Shown one piece after another: positions 22,701 to 36,073 of a DNA stretch of 64,000 nucleotides. The position numbers were made by a program, and so were the translations under genes. The notes under the pieces are model-generated. The model saw only the letters and a list, made by a program, of their open reading frames with translations, ran no database searches and was not told the DNA's origin. The stretch is taken from positions 2,356,001-2,420,000 of the forward strand of contig JBHGNT010000016.1 of NCBI GenBank assembly GCA_043228905.1, written 5' to 3'. Origin of the DNA: Azolla caroliniana (taxonomy: Eukaryota; Plantae; Polypodiophyta). How positions within the stretch are numbered: the stretch's first letter is position 1; every line of letters starts with the position of its first letter.

Positions 22701-23159
22701 ATTCTTTTTGATGCAGTAATGTGTTTGTGAGAACACTCTTAGATTTTCAGATTTAGCAGAGTACCCTTTATCTTCGAGAATAATTACTAATAAGGAAGGA
22801 TTTTTAAGGTCGTTTTTGGAAACCTAAATCCAACATTTCAGGTCCATATATGTTTATAAACACACATCAATCCATAGAGATCTCACAGTTTCTGGTCTGA
22901 TTTTCGCCTATCTAGTCGTGAAAAAAACAGAATTACCTCGCATGAGTAGTCATCGTGGAGGATGAAGTCTTCTTCACCGTATATGGACTTTAGGGCTTCG
23001 ATTTCATCGTCTTGAGCAGCTCGATTGGCTGTTTAAAAGAAAAGAAAAAACCAAGTTTTGGTTCGAAATTAGTCATGAAGACATCGATACGAAATCACGG
23101 AGATGTAAAGATCTGATATGTAGGAACTAATTACCCGCAGAGGAAGAAGAAGCATCCAT
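12985..23159 (-). CDS. IMPACT: RWD-domain + IMPACT (UPF0029 ancient domain) protein, IMPACT/Yih1-like, multi-exon
   Basis: GT-AG exons: 23135-23159 (ATG), 22937-23028 (QDDEIEALKSIYG), 21965-22183 (FPESYP...IFAWVEWLK), 14825-14921, ~14680-14728 (linker, phase uncertain), 14160-14316 (HGAPFTEKK), 13922-14064 (STFQAHVA...ATHNIMAYRI), 13725-13811 (DDGETAAGGRLLHLL), 13063-13237 (VVVSRWFGGILLGPDRFKHINNAAR), 12985-12998 (GRRR*). Confidence 0.9.
15805..16330 (+). mobile_element. Decayed Penelope-like element RT (C-terminal part) in the IMPACT intron
   Basis: Across frameshifts: QIKGTAKGTNFA..Y..LFL..IE, YNRYID, ILDI, YMYLPWKSSHP, FIIGELKCY...F..LREKFNNRLQARGYP; these match PLE RT/thumb motifs. Confidence 0.78.
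17003..18350 (-). mobile_element. LTR E (related to D at its U5 end), probably truncated; right boundary uncertain
   Basis: 17003-17070 is the reverse complement of the last ~70 bp of D (...AGTCCAAGACCCC...TTCGCGACA); minus-strand TATA (CCTATAAAAG) at 18281-18290; no matching right terminus or TSD found. Confidence 0.65.
17291..17795. repeat. Tandem array of about 5 x 102-105 bp inside LTR E
   Basis: Units start at 17291, 17395, 17499, 17601 and 17706 (TGCTCGTACG.CTTTATGAGGAG...GCCCGAAACG...GTCACAAGACGG...). Confidence 0.92.
18361..18426 (-). mobile_element. tRNA-like (SINE-head) sequence, family 1
   Basis: Minus strand reads GGCTAGTGGATAG...AGAGGTGCATGGTTCAAATCT (A- and B-box-like); homologous to 8368-8436. 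Confidence 0.45.
18600..19080 (-). mobile_element. Ty1/copia 5' fragment (short LTR, tRNA-iMet PBS, gag start)
   Basis: PBS TGGTATCAGAG at 18891-18901 (minus); ATG at 18792 gives MANTT...RKFDG/FDLWKVRMESRLYLQGCVEALE, a copia gag N-terminal signature; putative LTR ~18904-19080 starting TGTTG. Confidence 0.7.
19681..19783 (-). mobile_element. tRNA-like short element, family 2, with (CT)n tail
   Basis: Minus strand: ATTAGCTCACCCTTGTGGTAAG...CCTATGTCTTGGGTTTGAATCCCAATTTTCTCACC then (TC)15; homologous to 47077-47150. Confidence 0.6.
21191..21653. repeat. Direct duplication of ~180 bp (21191-21375 / 21478-21653), intronic
   Basis: Shared AAGAATC.CATAGTCTATACATGTAAGATTCTCAAG...GACGAGATCATGGT.CATG. 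Confidence 0.85.
22347..22570. repeat. Tandem duplication 2 x 111 bp, intronic
   Basis: Units start at 22347 and 22458 (GGATCAGACTATTTGAT...). Confidence 0.9.
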
Positions 23160-25336
23160 GGTGAGGAGACACAGTGTTGTAAGGGTTCACGACGACGACG
23201 ATCCCTATACAGTATTAATATTGTGCCAATTTTGATTGGGTTATATCTCCGAAATAACCCTGAGTTTCTCATTATTTTCCTGAATGGCCCTTCGATCTTG
23301 CGCTGAGCCCTTCATCAAACCCAGAGTTCAAGCAATAAACCAAAGATTTGCCCAAATAACACATATAATCAAGAAGGGTGAATGAGAGCAATTGGACAAA
23401 TATATGAGAGATGGGATCCTACATACGGTTTCTTAGCTCCTTGGGTTATGCCATTGATACCAAAAACCCAATGATTCGTGCACTATACACTCCCTTAGCT
23501 TAAGCATACACATGGCACAATGTTATTTTCAAGAATGAACGATGACATTTTCGTACTAGATTACATGCACTTGAAATTGATAATCGATAAGAATTTGAAG
23601 AGACCACCACATATGTAGAAATCTAAAATAACATAATCGGCAACGAGACCGTGTGGTCTCTTGTGTTGTAGTCTAACTTAGGTATTAATTTAAACCTCGG
23701 GTTTCTTGATATATTATTCTACTGGAGAAATGTTAGTAACAACTCTGTTACGTGCAAGCCATCACCATTCATTTCTTAATTCTCTATTACCCCATTGGCA
23801 TTGTAACCCCCTTCGTTGTTCATGCATATATTTGAACGTATTAATCCCCTTAGTAACCCTATTGTATAGTACACTTACACTATATAGTTGGAAAATTACT
23901 CATGGTTACACTCAAGTAATGATACCATAGCATACACATATGTAGTCATCGTTGTGTAACATATGCCTTCGTTTGAATAAATCCATGTTAATAAAGAAAA
24001 TATATTGTATCATGATACCACTTCACAATGTGATGACTTAATGTTTTATATATCGTTGCCTTTGTAAGGCTCATGAAATACTACCATTTTCAACCTCAAA
24101 AAATTGTATAGTATGAGATTGTAAAGACTTTTTTGAAACGTGTTAGTGCATTGAAAGTGTCATCTCCATGTTTTCAGTTAAACTAGTTATTCGTTCCACT
24201 TAGAGTTATGAGTAACATCTCAAAGTCAATCCAATTATTCCCCAAGAGGACCTCAAACACTTTGACAATCAATAATAAAATGTCTCCCCCGAGGCAACTT
24301 TGGAGTAGAATTGTTATTACCACAACGAAGCATAACATTTTGACGATCCACATCCCACTCCAATATATAACTTGCATATATTGATTAATATATCAAGAAT
24401 TCTATCGTGGATTGATTACTTAACCTCATATAGTACAATGTGACTTCACTCTTCAAGCTTGCCATAGTATAATAATATAAAGCACAAACAACAAGATTAT
24501 GCTATAAAAAACTAATGATACATGAACCATGATTTCATGTAGATTGGCAAAGGTATGTATATACATGTTTTAACCACAAATGGACACCTCCCTAGTGACC
24601 GAGGATTGGTATATGTTTGAGCTAGGGAATGAGCATATCTCTTGTAGAGAAAAGGATTTGTATTGGAGTTCGACAGAACATCATGCATGTACGCTTATGC
24701 AACTAGCTAGAAGAGATACATGGTCCAAGCTTTGGTGTCAAGATGGACAAAGCACCCACATGCATGAGCGCGCACATGCGTTTTATTTGACTACTTGTGA
24801 GAGGTATACATGGTCCAAAGTAAATTAGAGTTAGGGTTGATGAGAACAAAGGCATCATACCTAGTCGCAAGTTAAAGGTTGGCGTTAGTCGATGTATTGA
24901 TTAAAGATGGTGCGTAAAGCCTTGTTTTATACGAGACTTTAAGTATCACTCCTCCTAAAATGGTCTATGCATGGCTTATATGAAAGCCAGAAACCGACAA
25001 ACCCACGACGACTTACAAACTAATGTCTATGGAGATAGAGATTCATTGGAACCAAGCCCTAGGTGTCAACCTCCATACACTATTATTATTACTTATCAGA
25101 TCTCCACCATATGCATATGGATATTACTATGATGATATGATTCATGATGATTACATGTCCCAGAAGTTCTCACAGTATGAAACGGATTGCGTGCCAACAT
25201 TTCTACTGCTGATATCTATTAAAATTGTTCTAATGACCTTTCATTCACACACATATGATAAAGTCTTCAACTGATTAACTTTGTGATTAACACATGAACA
25301 TCGGATCATCATGCACGATAATAGGTATGGGAGATG

Positions 25337-27367
25337 CTATTTATCAATGTAATACATAATATCATGATGAGGATGATGATCCGTATGAATCATAACAGGA
25401 TCCTGTGAGATCATATGATGATGATGATGGTTATGGTGATTTTCTACTATCGGGTCACGAGGAGGAAGCGTATTAGAGGTGATCGAGGAGGCTAATGCAT
25501 GAGCAGAATCCGAGTACATATTTATAGTTGGATCGATTGCTCTGCTTTGGTCTGCCATATGATGATGCTCCTGCATTAGGATTGGATTCATCAAGTGTTG
25601 CTGCAGATCATTATGTAATAGTAATGATTCATGATGCGGATGAACATCACCAGATCCATCGATCATGACGAGTAGCTTGGGAGTAATCTGAAGGCATCGA
25701 GGATTATTACTTTGATTATCTATGTGAGTAGTAATCATCTTGGCAGGCGGAGATTCATTGTACAGATGAACCACGTTGTTGTAGCAGAAGTTACTAGAAG
25801 AGGCATCCATTAAAGAAGAAGAAGAAGAATTATAAGTAAGAGTATGAGGAGGAGCTCTGGTTTCTTCATGGCCGGATTGATTGAAGATAGAGGATTCATA
25901 AGATGGTTGGGTCTTCATTTCAGGATTCATGAGTGGTGATGGGCAACGATTAGTGCTGGGATTAGGATTATCATTATAATTAGGGTTAAGATTGGGATTA
26001 ACGTTAGTGTTGGTGTTAGTGAGCATCCATTGATTTGGGGTTGGATTTTCAGTATTAATCGAAGGTAGAACAGAAAAAGTAAGATTATAACTATTGTGGT
26101 CATGATATGAAGGATTAGACTGCCTTGCGAAGGGAATATCCGATAGATACGAATTGCAGGCACGATGGAAGGCCATAGTACTATTAATGTTATCATCGAG
26201 TGATATTAACGGCGGCGGCGGCGGCGGCGGCAGTAGAGGCGGAGGATGATGAGGATGGCGAGATTCAGAGGAGTAATGAAACGAATTGTTACGTAAGTGA
26301 GCGGGAACATGAGTGATTAGATTAGAAGGATTGCATTGATTAGCATTCGATTTGAAATTGGGAGCAGAATTAGAGTTGTAAGGGGAAGAATAATGGTGGA
26401 GTAGTGGTGGCGGCAGCAGCAGCGGAGGAGGAGGAGGAGGAGGAGGAGGGCGAGGCGGAAGGTATAGGCATGGATCTCCGGGATTGAGAATCATCCCAAT
26501 ATTATTGTCATTACGGTGGGAAGAGAAGGTGGAAGCAAAAAGACTGCTCTTGTGATGATGGTGAGGATTGCTAATCGGATGCCTGTACGAAGGAGGAGGT
26601 GGTGGCGGTTGGGCAGAAGAGGCGGAGGCGGAGGCAGATTCGACGCCCGGCATTCCAGCTGTTACAGCAGCGCTTCTGCTGGTGGAAGAGTAATATTGAG
26701 GAGCGGCGCTCTCCATGAGAGGAGAAGGAGGAGGCGGCGGCGGCGGCGGCGGAGGAATGGATTTGAACTCGTGGCTACTCGGAAATGCATACAATGGAAG
26801 TGGAAATGGAGGAGGAGGGGCATCATAACTGGAGGCGCTGCTGCTGGGCGGCGCCAGAGAATTGGCGGCGGCGTTGGTGGTGTTGTAGATCCAAGCCGGG
26901 AAATTGGTGCGGGTAGTGGTGGCGTTATTAGAAGAGGAGGAGGAGGAGCGCATGGCGAGGGCGGCTCGGTCGTAGGCGAAGGCGGCCTCCAGAGCCGTGT
27001 CGAATGTGCCCAGCCACTTGCGCTCCTTGGTGGCGGGGTTCCGTATCTCCGCCGCGAACCGGCCCCAGCGCCGCCGCCGGACGCCCCGGTACCCTGTGCT
27101 GCACGCGCTGCTCCTCCTCCTGCCGCTGCTACTACTGCTCTTCTTCTTCTTCTTCTTCTTGGTGGCGCCGCCAACGCCGCCGCCGCCGCTGCTGCTGCTG
27201 CTGCTGCTGCACGGCTGCCCATCCGCCGCCATTCCTGTCGAATCTTCCGCCTCATTCGCCGCCGCCGCCGCGACCCCCGTCTGCCTCCCCGCCGCCGTGA
27301 CGTCGACATCCATATACATATCGAGAATGGAATCAAATAAAACTGGGTCTCTCCAAATTCCTTCCAT
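25337..27367 (-). CDS. AP2/ERF transcription factor, ERF group VIII-b-like (ESR/DRN/LEP type), intronless, ~676 aa
   Basis: Single AP2 domain [48 protein letters not shown]...RTNF preceded by a poly-K NLS; long P/S/N/H-rich tail; likely ATG at 27367 (ORF open from 27412). Confidence 0.9.
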   Translation of the reverse strand: MEGIWRDPVLFDSILDMYMDVDVTAAGRQTGVAAAAANEAEDSTGMAADGQPCSSSSSSSGGGGVGGATKKKKKKKSSSSSGRRRSSACSTGYRGVRRRRWGRFAAEIRNPATKERKWLGTFDTALEAAFAYDRAALAMRSSSSSSNNATTTRTNFPAWIYNTTNAAANSLAPPSSSASSYDAPPPPFPLPLYAFPSSHEFKSIPPPPPPPPPPSPLMESAAPQYYSSTSRSAAVTAGMPGVESASASASSAQPPPPPPSYRHPISNPHHHHKSSLFASTFSSHRNDNNIGMILNPGDPCLYLPPRPPPPPPPPPLLLPPPLLHHYSSPYNSNSAPNFKSNANQCNPSNLITHVPAHLRNNSFHYSSESRHPHHPPPLLPPPPPPPLISLDDNINSTMAFHRACNSYLSDIPFARQSNPSYHDHNSYNLTFSVLPSINTENPTPNQWMLTNTNTNVNPNLNPNYNDNPNPSTNRCPSPLMNPEMKTQPSYESSIFNQSGHEETRAPPHTLTYNSSSSSLMDASSSNFCYNNVVHLYNESPPAKMITTHIDNQSNNPRCLQITPKLLVMIDGSGDVHPHHESLLLHNDLQQHLMNPILMQEHHHMADQSRAIDPTINMYSDSAHALASSITSNTLPPRDPIVENHHNHHHHHMISQDPVMIHTDHHPHHDIMYYIDK

Positions 27368-30300
27368 TCCCTTTCTCGCTATTTCCTTTATAAAAAAAAT
27401 ATATACATACATAACAATTTTAAAGTAAAATTTAAAAAAAAAAAATATATATATATATATATATAAAACAAAATTTATATTCCTGGTTTCCTTTCAAATT
27501 CGATCAATAAATTCGTTTCCGAAGAGGTCCCACATTTGGGCCCAAAAAAATGCCCCCCCCCCCTGTTTTTAGATATTTCGCCAAATGCCCCCCCCCTCCC
27601 CTCCCTACCCTTGTTGTCTAGAAAACATTCGATCAAAGTCATTTGGGGGGGGGGGGGCGGCAAGTAAGTAGTACTCACTGATTCATGGTGTAGGTGGGGT
27701 GGGGATATAAGAGGAACAATTTCATGGGACATTTGAGGGGAAAATGATATTGGTCTTCTGAAAACCAACGAGATCAAGAAGTAGACACGTTCTCGCCCCC
27801 AAAACTACCCACCCCATGTAACTTTTTGGTAATCTCTCGAATAGTTATCTCGCTAAATGCCTCTATGATATGAGCTATTTCTCTGTCCTACCGTCAAATT
27901 CATCGATTCATTGGAGTGGAAGGAGGGTTAGAAGAGCGGACACATTGTCTTGTCACACTAAAGGAAGTATTGGGGGGGGTATCTCCTGAAAACATAGGGG
28001 GCATTGTTGGGAGAATAAGGTAAATGTAGGGACATTCTCTAGGAATCAGGGGTTCGTTTTTTTTTTCATAATTATCAATTAGATCGTATTTGCATGCAAA
28101 AAGAAAATAGGACAAGAAAAATAAAAGGAGGGCAAATTCTGTACAGCGTTAGTAATGATACTAATAATGCATGGTTTTATCATTATTCTTGTGTATTAAT
28201 TTGCGAGTATTTGTGTGTGCATGGATGCATGTACGTTTTAAAATTTAGTTGCTCCCTTCCTTCGTCATACATATATTAATTATCTCGTCATTCATTCACT
28301 CTTGGTACTTGTGTCCAAGACGTTTATTCTTATCCATCCTCTCCTTCAACAAATTGTTTTAGAATTGTGTGTACATATATAGGAATTGTGCATGTATGCA
28401 CATGCATTGTGTGTATGTGTGCACATTGTGTGTCTATATAGGTCTACATGTAGTGTTTATGCACGTCGTGTGTCTATATGTAGTGCATACAGTGTATGTG
28501 CATTTGGACCATCTTCTAGAATCTAAACTGCTCATGGACATAGCTAAAGAACTAGGTGTTTTGTGCATGGATGCCTTCTAGAATCTAAACCAACCGAATA
28601 TGTAACTAAAAACAAGGTGTGTGCACCTAAGCAACTTCTAGAACTGAAAGTACCCGATTATGTAGCTGAAAATGAGTTATCTATGTTTCAACGTTGTCTA
28701 GAATCGAAATTACTTGAAATCACACACCCTTCGTGTCACTTCGCTTTCGTTGGATTTATTCCTTCGAGACAACCTTGTGACATTCGAAGACATCTTCAAC
28801 CTTAACTCATCAACATTCAATAAAAGGAAAGGGTGTTGTGTGCTAGATAGTTTGGCGTGGGCATGTATTAGGTGGGGCACATCAATTCATCATTTCAGAG
28901 GTGTTGTGATAGATTATTTGTATTGCACATGTACTAGCGTGCATCACTTGTCACGTCATGTAGTCCCGTCATATAACCTTCTCAAAAGTGCGGATCCTAA
29001 ATGTAGAGCAGGTTTTCATGTTATTAAATAGAGGAATGTTTGCAAACAACCAAACCTCTTTTTTATGATTCATATAGATGAGGGTTTGTGAATGTGTCCC
29101 TAACCTATTGATTTCCTGGTTTGTCACCTATGTAATGGATTTCTTTTAGTTCACAATCAAGAAATACTAATATAGATGTATACTAGTCTCTTCCAACGGG
29201 GGTCCTAAATTCTAGTGTCTTTATGACTCTCGGAGTGGTATTGAAAACAAAGCCTTAGGTCTTAATTCACGCTTAGCTTGATGTTTGCACAACATTTTAT
29301 TGCTATTTCCAACCTTGTAGATGAATTTGATCCAAATTTCTTGTTAGAGTAAGACTTCGTCACTTCGCAAAGGTTTGATTAAGGAAGATACAAATACATT
29401 CTATGTTGAAGCACGTGCTATAAGAGAGTAAACCTTCTCACACTCTTTCTAAGGTTATCCAGTTGGTTAGCCACAAGTTTGCACGCATTTGATATATTAA
29501 ATGGTTGTCTAATGATTGAGGCTATCTTAGCATACACTCTTTTAAGAAATCTAGGTTAATCTTCATTTACAAAGTAAAGATTTGTTATAAACACCTCTTT
29601 TAGTAGTTGTCTCCACATATTCGTAGGTTCTTGCACACATTGATGGGAATGACACCAATACATAATGGGATGTTTTTGACAACTCCAATTCAACAATACC
29701 TACATTTGACAAGAATGTCAAAGATCCCTAAACCCCTTTTTCACAAAAGTAATCTATTAGGTATTTTTGGTTGTAGTTTATTTTTGCATTACTACTAGAA
29801 TTGCAAGTGCTAAAATTTTCTTAGAATAGAATGAGAAATGGATGTTAGCTTCTAAATATCCCACTCCAACCTATTTTACGTCACTAGCCACACAATTGTA
29901 TTGATTCACTAAATCTCCTTTAGTTTGAAGTGTGCCAAGTGCTTGTTAATCACCGTGACAACTTTCATGTATATGGATACTCAAATTTACTTTGAACTTT
30001 GTTTCTCTTTCAAGAAAGAAGGATAATAGTTTTCTAGTAGGTTGTTGGTTTTTTGGCACATTCAAAGAAGCATGAAATTGTTTGCCTACGGTTCAAAAGT
30101 GCTAATAGAACTATAAAAAAAACTCATTTTATACTGATGTATACAACCCAAATGTTTCATTACCATAGTTTATAGGCTCCATCTTTCCTTGTTTTTCCAA
30201 TGCTATGTTATATAGTCTTTTTCCAATGCTTCCAACTTGGGCATGCATTGGCTAATAGTATGAGTCATTCAAGGTCAACGAAAGTGTCAAATTTTAACAT

Positions 30301-30999
30301 TTCAACATGTTGTTTATTTATTTAATCAATGACACTATCTTGTGAATAGCGATGTTGCACAATCATGATAAGGGAAATTCTGTACACTAGATTTTGTGTA
30401 CCAAAACATGATTGTACCTTCACGTGGATTGTCGAAATAGCCTTGCAACTTGACTCTCTAGATCTTGTTTTCCAAAGAGGCAGGGATATCTCATCTGGAA
30501 TATAGTAACATGTGTGTAGAGGTATTGCGGTCTGGCTCCTATCATGCTTCTCCAAATCCAAATATCCCTCGAGGCTCAAAGGGGTCATATTTTTAAATGA
30601 TAATTTTTTCTTCTACCTCTTGCAACTTCCCTCTCATGCACGTTCTCCTTTGCACAATATCCATATGGATGGAGTAACTCAACCATCATATGAAGGTTGC
30701 CTTAAAGCATCTTCTTCTTGTGTCTTTGTAAGGAAGACGAGGTTCGAATCTATGTGAACACCCTTAGTTCAACCCCTTAATAATATGGGTAGTCATGACA
30801 CATGTAACACGTTCCTTATTTGTTAGGGGGAGATCCATGATCTTATGTTCTACATGTGGTGATGCCATGGGGCACATTTTCTTATTTGTTAGAAGAAGAT
30901 TTACATTTGCTTGCTCGTGCGATAATTAAATATAGAGGGAATTGGTAGCCATTTAGAGAGAGAGATGTCAATGAAAGTAAAACGATCCTCATTGAATAG

Positions 31000-31600
31000 A
31001 TTGGCGGTTCAAGGATGATATACACTTGTCACAGGTCACTACAAATATATTGTATCATCATTGTCTTGGTTAAAACCTAAAGGTGTGAAATATATGTTAA
31101 GTCAAATGCAAGGTGGTGGAAAATATTGCAACGTGCTTGATATTCCTATTTGCCATTTGTTGCAAGAGTCATGATTGGTGGGCTCCCATCAGGTTCAAGC
31201 TTCGGTAGACAAGTAGACGAGGATTGGTATTAGGTACATGCTTCTTTTCCACCATTCAATTGGAAGGTAGTACACATAGATTCATTAAATGCCCTAAAGA
31301 AGTACTTATCATAGATTTGGCAAGTGTTATCTTGTTGTTATTTGATGCCTCAATAATGGGTTTTTGCTCAATATATTCAAAATAGCCCAAATGATGAGCT
31401 AGAGATATTGTTTGAATTTTTACAATATTGGGGATTGCAACACAATTGGAATACGCATAATGCTTTCATGTTTGATGGTAGACATGTGTGAAAGCTTGTT
31501 GGTTGATGAGTGTTTCATCTTGTTGAAGTGTTTAGTTGGAGTATTATATGTGGTGCTTCAAGGGTGCAACCTACATATGAACTAGACAGACTAATAATGA
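31000..31600 (+). mobile_element. Decayed L1-type LINE ORF2 3' end
   Basis: zf-RVT-like fragments (RVMIGGLPSG; TCFF..IQLEGSTHRFIKCPK) and W..HNAFMFDGRH; the same family occurs inverted at 47376-47600. Confidence 0.6.
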
Positions 31601-32917
31601 AAGCATGCTACATTTTTTATGGAGTTGCTCAACTGCATGTAGTTTTTATTGCAATTGCAACATTACTTGCACTTAAGTTCTCTTAGTCATAGTTTTAAAG
31701 AGTTCTTTTAGGCTTTGGCTACTTGAATGTGACTTTTAAACTAGATGCAAATTCTTTCAATTGGGTACAAGTAAAATAATGGGTTGTATGGAAACCATGG
31801 GTGTCCTAGAAACAATTCCATTACAACTAACCCATCACCGTTTCACATATAAACTTTCAAAATTCATGGTACTATCATTGCATGCTTGCTATACTAAACT
31901 TGATATCTTGGACATCCCTAGGCTCTTTATTTGATCACTTGGAGGTACAAGTGACCTTTGGTCCCTATCTTGTATCCATTCTTTGTGGGTTTTCACCTCT
32001 TTAGTGTAATTTATTACATAAAAAAGGGTATTGAAAGAAAGACATGGAACATATATGTTTGTACATTGGAAATAAAAAGAATACCTTTTGATCCATGAAA
32101 TCTCAATAATATTAATAAAATAATAATTGAAAGAGAGAGATGTTGGAGATAGAATCGATTCCCAACTAATTGACATCCCACTAAGATTCATACCATGGTC
32201 ATGATATTCTTTGTTGTACATTGGACATGGAAATGTCTTAGTTCCTTGAAATTAAGTATGAGGCATTACACTATTACTAAGATTCATACAATGATCATGT
32301 TATCTTCTTTGTTGTACAATGGACATAGTAGTGATTTATGTCCTTGAAATGAAGTATGAGACATAGTAATTTTATGCATGTTAGAGGCAAGAGCTCAGAA
32401 GGTAAACAATATAGAGAAAGAATATTTTAAGAAACTAGGTCTATGTCAAAACACTATCTTTTGAGATTGTGTCCATCACAAAATGATAGGTCAGCCAATT
32501 GCCTAACGAATCACACTAAGTTTACATATGGCAAACTTATAGGGTCATAATCGTGCTCAATATATTTACATTCCAATTTATATGAGTTTATATTTCATAA
32601 AACAAATTCAATATTTTCAATTATAGACTTTTGAATAATGTAACAAAATGTTCTTGAACTTTAATGAGGCATTTCCTTTAAATGAAATAAGTCTCGAATT
32701 GCTATTTGTACATTTTCAAGCATTAAGGGAACATGTTCTACATTTACAATGTCACATCACGTCATTTTCATCTAGATTATAGATGTACACATGCATATTC
32801 TTGATGAATCTGTAGCCATGATCTGTTAACACTCTGATGAATGTAAACATATGTCCATTTTGTATCTCACAGGTGGAATAATCAAAACCAATATGATGTC
32901 TTCAAAACATGTCCAAC

Positions 32918-33298
32918 AAGGGAACATTTATCTTATTGCTCTAATAAAATGTTGTTGTGTAGATTCTTTAATCTTCAAGAAACAATTTAAATTCTTATAT
33001 AGCGATAGATTGTTACAAGCTTGGATACGTTATTCTAGTAAGCAAGAGTAATTTCTATTAAAGTTTGTATAAACATCTTTAGCTCCAAGTAATTTTATGG
33101 GTACATAAGGGAACATTTGTCTTATTGCTCTAATAAAATGTTGTTGTGTAGATTCTTTAATCTTCAAGAAACAATTTAAATTCTTATATAGCGATAGATT
33201 GTTACAAGCCTAGATACATTATTCTACTAAGCAAGAGTAATTTCTATTAAAGTTCGTATAAACATCTTTAGCTCCAAGTAATTTTATGGGTACATAAG
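32918..33298. repeat. Tandem duplication 2 x 189 bp
   Basis: Near-identical units start at 32918 and 33107 (AAGGGAACATTT.TCTTATTGCTC...GGGTACAT). Confidence 0.92.
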
Positions 33299-34830
33299 TG
33301 ATCAAAATGATTGATATCTAATTAGATGTTAGTTATGACTGATAGTACATGTTTTATAAAATACATTGGAAGCACGTGCTTTGGTTCATCACTATTCAAT
33401 TTGCATTCACAACTTTTTTAATTGGAAGCTACCCATTAGAGGTAAACTATAAGATGGAAATTCTCTAGTAATGGATGGTCATATATACATGAATGACTCA
33501 AACTTGAAGAAATATGTGCACACCCTATATCTTGTGAATGAGAGTATGGAAGATGTTGGATGATTTCATGGATGATTAGGCAATGGAATTTATATCTAAT
33601 GTGGATGTAGGATGTGCAACATTACGTAGTGAAGCATTACGTTTACCTACAAGGAATATAACGTTGTGGATCTTGAGTTTGTTTAGGCAAGAATGGTGGA
33701 GGGCATCTTGAAGTTTGTTGATTAACCACCTTCCTCAACATGATAGTTAGTAGGTCAATCCAAATGATCTCATCAACCTCATAAATGGAAAGGGAGATGT
33801 GTAAGAGGGAGTCTAATTATGTTTAGCCATTGCAAAAATGGAAAGAACATTACTCATAGATTGAATTAAACCACAAGCTTAATTATTACATCACACAATC
33901 CTTAATATATTGTTGCTAGTTCATTACACAAAGCATAAGTTTTTGCAACTTATATATGTTACCTAAGGGCAATACAATTCAGAAATGGAGAATTTGAGGT
34001 GAGTAAATGTCAATGAAACTCTTTTGGCCCTTAAAATCATTTTCTTGGAACAATTTTCCCTCAACATTCAAAGTTGTTATTTGAAAATTCATAGTTGTAT
34101 GTTATAGTGAACAAGCTCATTGAAAGGCCTAGATCAAAATGGCAACGAGTGTAATGAGTTTGTAATTAGTAAATTGAATTAGAAATCTTTATTGCACATT
34201 TAACAAGTCTTACGATCGATCACCTTCATTTGGTAGCCAATATTGCCAGAGTAATATGTCTTAAAAAGTTGCACCAAAACTTGGAAGGGATAGGAATTTG
34301 ATGGAAAAAGAGTAATTTTTATGCCTTTCTACTAGTTGATTAATGTCAAAAATCTATAACCTAGGGCTAGAACCATTACATGAAAGACTACCAGTCAAAT
34401 CTTATGCTGCATATCTAACAGTCATCTAGAGACAAATAGGCAAGAATATGTGTTTGTTTAAACGTTTGACCGAGGTTTCAAAGTAGACCCTTGAAGAGAT
34501 AGGGAGTATCGTGGAGAGTTTATGTTGGAGTGTTTTTCGAGGGGGTGAGGGGTCAAAATGGGGGATATTTCGGCCTCGGAAAGGTATGCGAGCATGGGTC
34601 CACTAAAGATCGGGGGGGGGGGGGGGGGGGGGGGGAGGCTCTTGAAAGCAAGTGAAGCACACATGGCATTTGATGGCAAAGGCTTGGATTTGTCACTAAC
34701 TAGAGGCTAACTACTATTTTATAGGAGTAACTTGGTGACAATGTTTGGAGTTCGAAACTTTGGAAGGGCACATGAATATGTGTGTTCAAGGATCAGCATT
34801 GAGGATAGAAATGTATGAGATAAACGAGAG

Positions 34831-34834
<4 letters not shown>

Positions 34835-34898
<64 letters not shown>
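34835..34898. repeat. (AG)n microsatellite, ~32 units
   Basis: Perfect dinucleotide run. Other SSRs: (GATA)n ~19588-19628, (CT)n ~46817-46872, poly-G 34612-34635 and 48077-48098. Confidence 0.95.
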
Positions 34899-34902
<4 letters not shown>

Positions 34903-36073
34903 CTTCCTTTTCTTCTTCTTTGGTTTTTTGCAGATAAAACAAAAAGACACTCATTTGAGTTGAATGAAGAAATGGCCTAAGAGTTTTGAGGGGGAGGGGG
35001 GAGGCCGCTGACGTGGCCCGCTGATGTGGCCGAGGGCCTTCATTGCCTGGCGGGCAAGAGAAAGAGAAAACGAGGGGAGATTGGATGACGTGGCAGGAGC
35101 AGGCCCAAAAAAACTAAAAGCGACGTTTCGTCTTTTTCTTCTTTCTTCTTTTCTTCATTTAATAATAATTATTAGTAATAATTAATAGCACTGTAATAGT
35201 AATAATAATTATTATTATTATTTTTGGGCATTTTGCTGATTTGATTGATTGATTTGATTTTTTATTTTTTGGGGTTTGTTTTTTGTTTGCGAAGGAATTT
35301 TCCATTTCAAGGAGAAAAGAAAGAAAGAATAGAGAGATAGAAAGCAGGCAAAGAAGATTCATTTCCGTACGGATGGGCGAGCTTCTCGAGATTCCTTTCA
35401 GACTTGGGCTGCAGCCAACACGTGAACTGCTCCTCTCCTGCCTTTTTTTGTTGGGCCCAAGTCCCAAAACAACAGAAAGACTTCTATAAGTAGACTGTAG
35501 TAGTAAGTCTTCAAAGCAGCTCTCACATACACACACACACACACACACACTCTCTCTCTCTCTCTCATGAGTCATGATAGTAGTATCAATAAGTAGTAAG
35601 TAATATATATCTTCTTGATTAGGTACCACCATTCATAACAACCCCCATGCACGTGACACACACACACACATGAGTAGGACCTAGTGGCTACTTGGTCCTA
35701 GTAGTAGTAGCTTCTCCTATACTTGTGAGTTGTGACCTCCATGCATCATTGCCTTCACTATGGTATGTTGTGTGTAAGCGCGTGCCGTGAGAGCCTTTAG
35801 TCGTTCAAGAAATAATTACCCCCCCCCCCCCCCCCCCCCAAATAAAAAACCTTGAATATAAATGCGCATGTTTCATTGCGACCATATCCTTGTGTGGTTG
35901 GCTGGTTAGTTGTAACTTGTGTCCGTACCTTCACTTGGAGGTGCACACACTGCAAAACATTGTTTACGACGAATAAAATCCAATACGAGTGGCCCTTACA
36001 TGATGGTATGTCTACACGTAACACTTGTTGGTTCAAAACGTTCAAGTTGTGGGTTCAAGCTCCATTGGGTGCA

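Noticed and set aside
26516-27428. Antisense and alternative-frame ORFs over the ERF gene
   Set aside because: By-products of GC-rich trinucleotide repeats.
28300-34450. Large decayed DNA transposon or Helitron
   Set aside because: It has the texture of decayed coding DNA, but apart from the LINE fragment I found no diagnostic motif, TIR or terminus.
35665-35705. Hairpin TAGGACC...GGTCCTA next to CTAG as a Helitron 3' end
   Set aside because: The hairpin overlaps the CTAG instead of lying ~10 nt upstream, and no matching 5' end was identified.
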